From Candidatus Saccharimonadota bacterium (GTDB lineage Bacteria > Patescibacteriota > Saccharimonadia > Saccharimonadales > UBA4665), in assembly GCA_016699955.1 (NCBI GenBank), contig CP064993.1, positions 1,170,001 through 1,202,000 of the forward strand: a stretch of DNA of 32,000 nt. The letters are read 5' to 3'. Every line of letters begins with the position of its first letter. Position 1 is the stretch's first letter. A program made the position numbers and the translations under genes. The notes below the pieces were generated by a model. That model searched no databases and had not been told where the DNA came from. It worked only from the letters and a program-made list of their open reading frames with translations. This document shows, piece after piece, positions 1-7,126 of the stretch.

Positions 1-690
1 GACTGTCGCTGCCTGCGATGGTTGCGCACCGAGGCCTTGTAGCATATCTGCTGCGCCGTCAAGCTTGATATACATGTCCGGATTATCTGAACCCTCGGCG
101 TCTATCATGCGAAAATCTGCCTTCAGCTTCTGACCAACGATATTTGCATCCATGGTTAGATCGGCTTCCTTATCGCTCATATTTCCCTTTGTTGTAATAT
201 CGAAGCTCACATCAGGCGACTTTACATTGATGGTGCCGTTTACTACAAAGCTCGGTGATGGCGATTTTGCTTCTTCTTGGACGTACTCTATGAGCTTATC
301 GAGTGCCTTCCCGCTTTGTGTTAAGCTCTTACTAAAGACTGCTTCTGGCTTATTTGGCAGATACAGACCAAAGACATACCCAGCTGCAAGCAACACCGTA
401 AGTGCGCCACCAGCCAAGGCAGGAATCAGCCACTTTTTCTTTCTTCCAGGGCCACCTGAACCACCGGGAGATGCCGTGAATACTGGGCTTTGTTGCACAC
501 CACCTCCAACAACAGGGCTACCTGAGACGACAGGCGTAGTAACCTGTGGCGTAGACATGACTTCAGGTGCAGATTGTGTTGGCGCCGAAGGCTGTTCTGG
601 AGCGAAATTATCCACTGTGGGCGGAACAGACCCCGTGGGGGCAGGGCCGTCCGTCGGATTGGTTGATTGAGAAGGGTTTGTTGGCTCCAT
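1..690 (-). CDS. membrane-anchored hypothetical protein (3' end runs off the window)
   Basis: Hand translation of the minus strand: ATG at 690 (GGAG about 13 nt upstream) opens an uninterrupted frame to position 1 (230 codons). Sequence starts MEPTNPSQSTNPTDGPAP, with a Pro/Thr/Ser-rich N-terminus, then GRKKKW followed by hydrophobic helix LIPALAGGALTVLLAAGYVFGLYL. Missing from the ORF track only because no stop lies in the window. Track ORF 152..670(+) is its antisense shadow. Confidence 0.6.
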   Translation of the reverse strand, partial: MEPTNPSQSTNPTDGPAPTGSVPPTVDNFAPEQPSAPTQSAPEVMSTPQVTTPVVSGSPVVGGGVQQSPVFTASPGGSGGPGRKKKWLIPALAGGALTVLLAAGYVFGLYLPNKPEAVFSKSLTQSGKALDKLIEYVQEEAKSPSPSFVVNGTINVKSPDVSFDITTKGNMSDKEADLTMDANIVGQKLKADFRMIDAEGSDNPDMYIKLDGAADMLQGLGAQPSQAATV

Positions 691-947
691 AGAAGTATAA
701 CTCCATAACGCTTACGTAATAATATTGGTAGTATAACCTCAGTTCGGCATAAGTACTACCGGTTTCCCATAATTATAACCCCAGCCCAGTGTAAGCACCA
801 CTGTTAGCGCCTTTGGGCGTTAAGCGAGCCAGTGCGAAACCTTCAGTGCTTCACGGTTCTGCCGGCCGAGCAGGCTGACCGGTGCGATATGCGTGACCAC
901 TAGAAATCGCCAGAACAATACGCTACACTATCTCTGTTCTAAAAAAT

Positions 948-1024
948 GGGGCTGTAGCTCAGTTGGCTAGAGCGCTTCCATGGCATGGAAGAGGTCCAGG
1001 GTTCGAGTCCCTGTAGCTCCACCA
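948..1024 (+). tRNA. tRNA-Ala (anticodon GGC), CCA encoded
   Basis: Cloverleaf read by eye: acceptor GGGGCTG/TAGCTCC with the Ala identity pair G3:U70, D arm GCTC-AGTTGGCTA-GAGC, anticodon arm CTTCC-ATGGCAT-GGAAG (GGC at 34-36), T arm CAGGG-TTCGAGT-CCCTG, then ACCA. Confidence 0.95.
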
Positions 1025-1034
1025 CGCTGTCCAA

Positions 1035-1068
1035 TAAAAAAATGCCCCGATACTTTTCGGGGCATTTT
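1035..1068. terminator. bidirectional rho-independent terminator
   Basis: AAAAAAA-ATGCCCCGA-tacttt-TCGGGGCAT-TTTT: 9-bp GC-rich stem with an A-run on one side and a T-run on the other. It sits between convergent tRNA-Ala(+) and CDS 1079..1270(-). Confidence 0.85.
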
Positions 1069-1078
1069 GTAAATCAGT

Positions 1079-1270
1079 CTATGCTGGTTTTGCCGCGGAC
1101 ATTTCCTGAGAATGCTTGCTTTTATGTTTTGTACTTTCAAACCCATGGTAACGCTCAAAGTGAACATGGTTTACAACCGATGCAAGTTTGTGCCCATCAT
1201 GTTTATGAAACAGGCTGCGGGCGCGACTGACACTTTTGCACTGATGTCGCAATTTTTCTCGTAATGACAT
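1079..1270 (-). CDS. small basic His/Lys-rich hypothetical protein (63 aa)
   Basis: Track ORF. Strong SD (AGGAGG 7 nt upstream of the ATG at 1270) and the shared terminator directly downstream. No family recognised. Confidence 0.55.
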   Translation of the reverse strand: MSLREKLRHQCKSVSRARSLFHKHDGHKLASVVNHVHFERYHGFESTKHKSKHSQEMSAAKPA

Positions 1271-1319
1271 AGTTACATCCTCCTAGCAGATTAGTAATAG
1301 ACATTTAAAATATGTAAAA

Positions 1320-1682
1320 CTACTCCAGAACCGCAACCATTCTCCTCGGCAGCTCGGCAGTAATATCTTCTACAGACTCTCTATCAAACAGCTCACTGAT
1401 GGCTTGCCAGGCCGCGCGAACATAATCTCGCGCACTGCGTTCATCGACATCATCTATATCCATAAACTGTTCAATAATATCGTCGTCGAGCGTACTCGCT
1501 GTGGGTACCATCATGGCTGCTGAGCGCAGTTCCTCGGGGAGTTTGGCCGCAAAACCACGACGCGTATAGTCAGTTAGGTGCATAGCCACGTTTTCCACCA
1601 CGAGTTCGAGTGCATCCTGCGACACCCCATCGCGTGAGTTTGCCAGTTTTTTTATTTTATTGATGAGAACATGATATTTCAT
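1320..1682 (-). CDS. DUF2267-like protein (120 aa)
   Basis: Track ORF. Two helical repeats with the pattern typical of DUF2267 (..AAKLPEELRS.. and ..ITAELPRRMVAVLE). Recognition by eye only. Confidence 0.55.
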   Translation of the reverse strand: MKYHVLINKIKKLANSRDGVSQDALELVVENVAMHLTDYTRRGFAAKLPEELRSAAMMVPTASTLDDDIIEQFMDIDDVDERSARDYVRAAWQAISELFDRESVEDITAELPRRMVAVLE

Positions 1683-1824
1683 TATGTTTTCCCCTTTCCA
1701 GCTACTACTATGCGCTATAGTGCTTACAAAAAACTATGAGCTATATTACATTTGGCGAGATTTATTTGGTAAAACGGAACTGTTTATGGTATGATGGTAG
1801 TCTTATCGTAAGATAAGTAGACAT

Positions 1825-2219
1825 GGGGCTGAATTTTAAGCTCGACGTTGGTACCTTTCGGTCATGAATGCAGGTCGCTTGTCAGCGTTATAGGCAAAAC
1901 TCAGTAATTGCAAAATTCACTGATAAGCTAGTTAGCCTCAAAGAGAGTGCGCAAGCATTTCTTTTTGGACGCCAGCTGGCATACAACGTAGCCTAAACAC
2001 TACGTAACGCCCTATACGATTCCAGATGGTGTAGGTAGCGTTTTATATTTCTGGACGCTCGCATGGAACTATTCAAACCATGCGCTAAGACTAGGATTGC
2101 TCACTCGATATGTTTGTCTGTTTCTAAACCTAAGCGCTAAGACATTAAGATAGACTAAACCTGTAGTATTCTGACTGACAGTCTGACGGACGTGGGGGCA
2201 GTACCCACCAGCTCCACCA
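1825..2219 (+). ncRNA. ssrA: tmRNA (ssrA), one-piece, 395 nt
   Basis: 5' GGGGCTG pairs with 3' CAGCTCC-ACCA (tRNA-Ala-like acceptor with G3:U). T-arm-like GTGGG-GGCAGTA-CCCAC lies just before the acceptor 3' strand. An internal open frame ends GCA TAC AAC GTA GCC TAA (stop 1994-1996), with the stop in the loop of hairpin ACGTAG-CCTAAACA-CTACGT, as in the helix 5 arrangement of known tmRNAs. Own terminator follows. Confidence 0.85.
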
Positions 2220-2227
2220 ATGAAAAT

Positions 2228-2253
2228 GCCTGAGCCATTCGCTCGGGCTTTTT
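2228..2253 (+). terminator. rho-independent terminator after ssrA
   Basis: GCCTGAGC-cattc-GCTCGGGC followed by TTTTT. The flanking AATGAAAA/TTTTCATT extends the stem. Confidence 0.8.
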
Positions 2254-2333
2254 CATTGGTCTTGAATTGGGGTGCTGCCCGGGAGGGTGAGGACTGCCGG
2301 TGGCAGTCTGAGTAGTCCTTGCTTGCCCCGCGA

Positions 2334-2399
2334 GCGTGGCGGCAGTGGCCGACACGTTGCCGAGCGGATAAAATGAGCCTGTACCCGCCAGCTCCACCA
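2334..2399 (+). repeat. second, divergent copy of the ssrA 3' end (T-arm/acceptor/CCA)
   Basis: CGTGGCGGCAGT (2334-2345) and GTACCCGCCAGCTCCACCAA (2381-2400) match CGTGGGGGCAGT and GTACCCACCAGCTCCACCAA at the real ssrA 3' end (2191-2220). In the second copy the two pieces are separated by about 35 extra nt. Confidence 0.75.
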
Positions 2400-2412
2400 A
2401 ACCATAAGCACT

Positions 2413-2441
2413 ATGACCTCAGTTATTTGAGGTCATTTTTG
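2413..2441 (+). terminator. rho-independent terminator after the duplicated ssrA end
   Basis: ATGACCTCA-gttatt-TGAGGTCAT followed by TTTTT. Confidence 0.85.
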
Positions 2442-2491
2442 TTGCTTTTTATATACGTTAAACATATTATTATCGTGAAGGTTGAACAGAT

Positions 2492-3634
2492 ATGCCAGAA
2501 GACAAAAAAATTGAAGACAGTAATGAAACCACCCAGCCCATCATAGTAGTTGGTTCCTCATCTAGTCCTCAAGTTCAACTTCAAGCACCAGCACCCTCTG
2601 TAACTACCGAACCAGTCCGACATAGATTTGCCGAAACATATGTTGTTATCTCCCTCGTCGCACTGTTGGTAATGGTGTCAGCATACTTTACTCCTCTGGT
2701 AATAGTTCTTGTTTACATAGGGGCCGTGCCGCTCGGAGTAATTGGTCTACCGAACCTGTTGGTCATACCACTCCTGTTAGCTAAGAAATTTCTATCTGGT
2801 AAATATAAAGTTATGGGTATAATGCTGCTTGTCCTGAGTATACTTGCAGTGGCTGCGGGCGTCTTTTTTATACACAACGTTAGGTCGATAGAGAGTAAAT
2901 GGAACAAAAAAATCGACCAGACGATAGAAAGCTATAAAGAGCAGGAGGCTACCGCTCGCTCTAATGCAACCGTAGAACAAGCAACACAGCTTCTAAATAG
3001 CTGTCAGGTGTTTGGTTTCTATTACACCAAACAAGATGGGACTAACGGTGCTGAAAATGCTGAGAAAACAAGCACAGGCATTCTTCTCTACAAAATGCTC
3101 AAGTCGTTTGATGATACGACTACTCCAAGTAGTGGCGATGCTGGCAAATACCGAATGCATATTGCGGACAGTATGGTGAATACCATGGTGCCAGTCGCTC
3201 GTAATGCACAGCACTCTTGTGGTATACAGTTCTGGCACGATGGTAACTATGAACAGTACAAAGACGGTAAGTGGTACTTCAATGGTCAGGTCGTGCAAAA
3301 TGTAGACCCAGGAAAGAGCAAGGAAGAAGCAATTAGCTTCATGCAAAACTGTAAAGCGGATTACTTTGTTGGCTACACAGACATAAACTTAGTAAAGGAT
3401 TCTAGCACTAGAGCATGGCTGGACAAGGCTGAGAAATCGACTACGGGTATTGAGATATCGGAAGGCTCACCGAAGTCTTATGTATTTGCGTCCAAGTCAA
3501 TGACTACTGCATTACAGGACACTGCAAGGCAGTTCCGACAATCTTGTTACAGCAAAAAGAAACTCTATATAACGATAGATAACTGGATTGAAACCGAATA
3601 CCCTCAGGGTAACTGGACAAAGGTGAATCGGTAG
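2492..3634 (+). CDS. multi-pass membrane protein with two tandem Cys-containing extracytoplasmic repeats (380 aa)
   Basis: Track ORF. There are hydrophobic helices around aa 50-130. Two similar segments follow (..LLNSCQVFGFYYT..TGILL.. and ..FMQNCKADYFVGYT..TGIEI..), each with a second Cys about 75-80 aa further on. No family recognised. Confidence 0.7.
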   Translation: MPEDKKIEDSNETTQPIIVVGSSSSPQVQLQAPAPSVTTEPVRHRFAETYVVISLVALLVMVSAYFTPLVIVLVYIGAVPLGVIGLPNLLVIPLLLAKKFLSGKYKVMGIMLLVLSILAVAAGVFFIHNVRSIESKWNKKIDQTIESYKEQEATARSNATVEQATQLLNSCQVFGFYYTKQDGTNGAENAEKTSTGILLYKMLKSFDDTTTPSSGDAGKYRMHIADSMVNTMVPVARNAQHSCGIQFWHDGNYEQYKDGKWYFNGQVVQNVDPGKSKEEAISFMQNCKADYFVGYTDINLVKDSSTRAWLDKAEKSTTGIEISEGSPKSYVFASKSMTTALQDTARQFRQSCYSKKKLYITIDNWIETEYPQGNWTKVNR

Positions 3635-3788
3635 ATGGTGCTAACCGCTAGGGGTCCTTACTTCCTTACGCCGTCTTTCATCTTGTTGATAATCCAACCA
3701 ATCCTCCCAGAGTAAATCACGCCAACGATGTATCTCATTAATAATGAGGGGTGAACTATTTTCGAGGTGCTCCACTATTGTTAAGATT

Positions 3789-3811
3789 GACCTCGTGTTG
3801 AGGTCTTTTTT
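3789..3811 (+). terminator. rho-independent terminator
   Basis: GACCTC-gtgtt-GAGGTC followed by TTTTTTATTT. It lies 155 nt downstream of the stop of CDS 2492..3634. Confidence 0.75.
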
Positions 3812-3833
3812 ATTTGGACGACGCAAAATAAGT

Positions 3834-4685
3834 CTAGAGCTGCTTGATATTTACAATATTATCGCAAGTTATCTTGCCATAATTGGCCTCTATTCCGCAT
3901 AAAGCTGTATCGCTTGTTTGAGCAATATAATTTGCGATACATTCATAGTCATATTTAGGCTGGGTGCCATTAAGTTCTTGCTGGTTGTATTTACAGGGTT
4001 CAACTGATTTTGTTTTTACAGCCTTAGCTGTTTGACAAGGTGTAGGTGTGCTAGTGGTACAGTTGTCGATATTGAATAAGTACTTGGCTTTTACGCTTGA
4101 TAGGACTTCTTTATATCCAATAAGTGAAGAGCCACTAACCTTACAAGAGCCACCCTGTCTGTCGGTAGAAGTGTTGTTGTAGTCTATTTTCCACCAGTAC
4201 TTGCCTCGTTCAAAAACAAGTTTTGGCTTCACTTCAATATCGTAAATTGACGACGAACTGACTTGTCCGCAGCCAAGTGTGTAGACGGCAGGGTCGTGGT
4301 TAGCAACATCAGGTGGTTCAGCGAAGTCAAATAGATTACCGTCGTCATCAAACCACCCAACATACGTTGCACAAGGATCCATAAAACCACACTCAAACTC
4401 CCATTGCCGTTCTACGGCACCCGCAACAACGTAAATTCTTGCTACAGATTTACTACCGTCAGCGACCTTATAGGTTTCCTGCTCGCACCGATAGAAGGGA
4501 TTAGTAGCCTTTTCTGCCTCTAGTAGTTTCATAGCAAAACCTTTGCACTGGCTTGATTGGACATTAGTAACAATTCCAGTAAGTGGAGTTTCTTTACCAA
4601 GTAGAGTGAGGGCCGTCGTACCGCCAATCAATAGTACGAGTAGAGCGGAAGCGGTAACTATAACTATTTTACGTTTTTTATTCAT
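3834..4685 (-). CDS. secreted/anchored Cys-rich hypothetical protein (283 aa)
   Basis: Track ORF. N-terminal MNKKRKIVIVTASALLVLLIGG signal/anchor and more than 12 Cys spread over the mature part. Confidence 0.7.
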   Translation of the reverse strand: MNKKRKIVIVTASALLVLLIGGTTALTLLGKETPLTGIVTNVQSSQCKGFAMKLLEAEKATNPFYRCEQETYKVADGSKSVARIYVVAGAVERQWEFECGFMDPCATYVGWFDDDGNLFDFAEPPDVANHDPAVYTLGCGQVSSSSIYDIEVKPKLVFERGKYWWKIDYNNTSTDRQGGSCKVSGSSLIGYKEVLSSVKAKYLFNIDNCTTSTPTPCQTAKAVKTKSVEPCKYNQQELNGTQPKYDYECIANYIAQTSDTALCGIEANYGKITCDNIVNIKQL

Positions 4686-4904
4686 TGAGTATGATTATGT
4701 AACTTCTGTATTGGAACTGCAAAGAGTAAAAATAAATCTTTTAGGGGGCTCGGTTGGTTTGTTGTTTTGATTGCTTGACTTGGCATGATCTATTCCCTGC
4801 AGGAATTGTAGCATAAGGATAGTTGAGATATTAAGCAACGTAATGTACGCCGGGAACTGGTGAAGCCGATTCTTGTATAATAACCCGAACTCGGCGACTC
4901 CTAC

Positions 4905-5759
4905 TTAAGCCGGCTCCTTAATGGATGCTGCTTGCTTTTTGTTATGTGTTTCATGAAGCGTGTAGAGTTTGTGCCACTGCTCGAGCGATAGGGCTTGCGC
5001 GCGAGATCTTTCTTCGATTCCCGCGCTAGCGAGTAGAGCACGCGCCTCTTCCTTGGGCATTGCTAAACCTGCGCTTAAAGCGTTGACAAGGGTTTTGCGT
5101 TTTTGGCTGAAACCCGCTTTAACCAGCCGGAAAAATACATTGGTTGCGACATCGTTAAACAACGGCGTTTGGCGAAAGTTCAGCTCCAGCACCTGACTGT
5201 CTACCTTAGGTGGCGGTGTAAAAAGCTTCTTTGGCACAAAAGCACCGAGCGAAACTTGGCAGTAGTACTGTACGCTTACGCTCAGTATGCTCATTTGCCC
5301 AGGCACGGCGACAACGCGTTCGGCTACTTCTTTCTGGACTAACAGAGCGGCCTCGCTAAACGGATTCTCACTCTCCGAAAGCACGCGGATAAGGTTGCTT
5401 GTCAAATAATACGGGATATTGGCGACCACTTTGTACTGCCGTGGGAGCTGACGCAGATTAAACCGTAAAATATCACCCTCCACAACCGTAATGTTTTCGA
5501 GCAAACGCCTATCTATAAATCCGTCCCGTAAGTTGCTCTCGAGGTTCAGGGCAAGTGTGTGGTCTAGCTCTACCGCCGTCACAACCGCACCGCGTTGCAG
5601 TAACTTACGCGTCAGCGAACCAAGCCCCGGTCCAACTTCGAGCACATGGTCACCTGCTTGAACGTGGGCACTATCACAGATACTATCAAGCGTGGCTTCG
5701 TCGTATAGCCAATGCTGCCCTAGAGATTTTTTTGGCGTTGTTTCTTTCATCTTAACCAT
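4905..5759 (-). CDS. rsmA: 16S rRNA (adenine1518/1519-N6)-dimethyltransferase
   Basis: KKSLGQHWL start, SAM motif VLEVGPGLGSLT, NIPYYLTS motif. Typical RsmA/KsgA length. Confidence 0.93.
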   Translation of the reverse strand: MVKMKETTPKKSLGQHWLYDEATLDSICDSAHVQAGDHVLEVGPGLGSLTRKLLQRGAVVTAVELDHTLALNLESNLRDGFIDRRLLENITVVEGDILRFNLRQLPRQYKVVANIPYYLTSNLIRVLSESENPFSEAALLVQKEVAERVVAVPGQMSILSVSVQYYCQVSLGAFVPKKLFTPPPKVDSQVLELNFRQTPLFNDVATNVFFRLVKAGFSQKRKTLVNALSAGLAMPKEEARALLASAGIEERSRAQALSLEQWHKLYTLHETHNKKQAASIKEPA

Positions 5760-5837
5760 TGTAACAGCTCATTAGTGTCTGACCTGACTCTTGATTCCAA
5801 TAAGTCACATACTTCTTAAGCCTGATACCCGACTAGA

Positions 5838-7118
5838 CTACCACCAGTGGTGACTGAGCCAGAAGTTATACGCCCGTTCCCAGCTGCCATAGCGTCCGAC
5901 CGCATACCCAGTAAAAAACTGGGTCTGACAGACTGCGTTTGTTTGCCAGTTCGCACAGGCATTGGTGACTTTACTCCCTGGACACGCCTGGCCTAACCCA
6001 GCACAACCACCCGCGTTGGTCGCTGCCGTATTCCAGCGCGACTCCCGCGAAAAAACGTAATCTACGTAGGCATAGTCATTCGGGCTAATACCCGCTGCAG
6101 CCATAACGGCCTGCTTGTCGGCGGGGATGTTGACAGTGTTGCCCTTGGCGACTATGCGCTCAACAGGTTGCACCGTCACCACGGACTGAAGCAATTTACG
6201 ACTTACTTCCTCGCCGTTTTGAACATTAATTTCGTAAGTTTGCACGCGCTTGCCTGCACTGCCCTCTTGTCTTACAGCCTGGCTGCCAAAAGAAAGCGAC
6301 ATATCTATTACCGTTCGTACCGGGGCCGGAATATCTTCGCTAAGCGTAATTACCTGTATGCCGTTTCTGACTACAGAAACTTGCATATTAGGCGAAACGG
6401 CTGTGCTAGCGGCTGGCTTGACGGTGTCGTCTTTGCCTAGCGTAATCTTTTTCTCCTGCAGCAGCTCGTCTACAGTTGATGCCTGAGACCGCACCGACAG
6501 CGGCTGCCCGTACAGCGTGATACCGACCGGAACTGCCCGGTCAATGACTACTCGGTGGCCTAGTGTTTTTTGGAGCAAGAAATTTTCTGCCGGCATCACA
6601 TTGACCAAGTCTTCACCGTACAGGGTAATGTTTGCCGTTTCAACCATGCTCCTAGGTGTTGCCGCGGCCGAACGAGTTATCGTCCGTACATCACTATCTT
6701 CTACGACTATTGGCGCCGATCGGTACACATTGACGAGAAAATTATCTTGGGTGATTTGTTCGCTAGCCGCCGGTTCGACGCGGTCACCAGCAGCCAAACG
6801 GATGTTCATTTTTTTCAGTAAATCGCCTACTTTTTCCGCATCGGTCGGAACAGTTGTTTTTTGTCCATCGTACGACACCATTGCAATAAAGGTATCGCGC
6901 GCGACAAAATCAGCCACGACTCCCTGTTTATTTGCATACCAATAGACCGCACCGCTCAGCGCCAGCAGAGTCGCAAATAGCAGCAGAGGCACATTCGCCG
7001 GATGCTTATGATACCAACGCGTGCGTTCATTTATGGGCTCGAGGACTGTTTTTACAACTTGTTTTATTGTTATCATACGTATCATGCAATCATGTGATGC
7101 ACTACTAAAGTATAGCAA
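5838..7118 (-). CDS. DUF348-repeat / G5-domain cell-wall protein with C-terminal lysozyme-like (transglycosylase-like) domain
   Basis: N-terminal TM anchor, then repeated DUF348-like units (..TVGDLLKKMNIRLAAGDRVEP.., ..TVDELLQEKKITLGKDDTVKP..). G5-like segment (EDIPAPVRTVIDMSLSFGSQAVRQEGSAGKRVQTYEI..). C-terminus SRESRWNTAATNAGGCAGLGQ..RYGSWERAYNFW. The start could be one of the downstream Met codons (MIRM). Confidence 0.8.
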   Translation of the reverse strand: MLYFSSASHDCMIRMITIKQVVKTVLEPINERTRWYHKHPANVPLLLFATLLALSGAVYWYANKQGVVADFVARDTFIAMVSYDGQKTTVPTDAEKVGDLLKKMNIRLAAGDRVEPAASEQITQDNFLVNVYRSAPIVVEDSDVRTITRSAAATPRSMVETANITLYGEDLVNVMPAENFLLQKTLGHRVVIDRAVPVGITLYGQPLSVRSQASTVDELLQEKKITLGKDDTVKPAASTAVSPNMQVSVVRNGIQVITLSEDIPAPVRTVIDMSLSFGSQAVRQEGSAGKRVQTYEINVQNGEEVSRKLLQSVVTVQPVERIVAKGNTVNIPADKQAVMAAAGISPNDYAYVDYVFSRESRWNTAATNAGGCAGLGQACPGSKVTNACANWQTNAVCQTQFFTGYAVGRYGSWERAYNFWLSHHWW

Positions 7119-7126
7119 AACAAATG

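Noticed and set aside
152-670. 172-aa plus-strand ORF from the track
   Set aside because: It has a low-complexity Pro/Gly/Thr composition and lies entirely antisense to a better minus-strand frame (1..690) that has an SD, a TM helix and no stops. I treat it as a shadow ORF.
967-1230. Track ORFs 967..1167(-) and 985..1230(+)
   Set aside because: They overlap tRNA-Ala and its terminator hairpin. The tRNA and the SD-bearing ORF 1079..1270(-) explain the region.
1825-2400. Idea that ssrA extends to 2400 with an intron in the T-loop
   Set aside because: 1825..2219 is already a full-length tmRNA (395 nt) with acceptor pairing, CCA and its own terminator. The 180-bp interval is too short and shows none of the group I core elements I can recognise.
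2155-2546. Track ORFs 2155..2400(-) and 2319..2546(+)
   Set aside because: They lie over the tmRNA 3' end, its duplicate and two terminators. Neither has an SD, and the composition is driven by the structured GC-rich RNA-like sequence.
3641-3826. 61-aa minus-strand ORF
   Set aside because: It needs a TTG start without an SD. Its first codons are the plus-strand terminator hairpin (3789-3811), and it has no recognisable features. Kept only as a remark in a finding.
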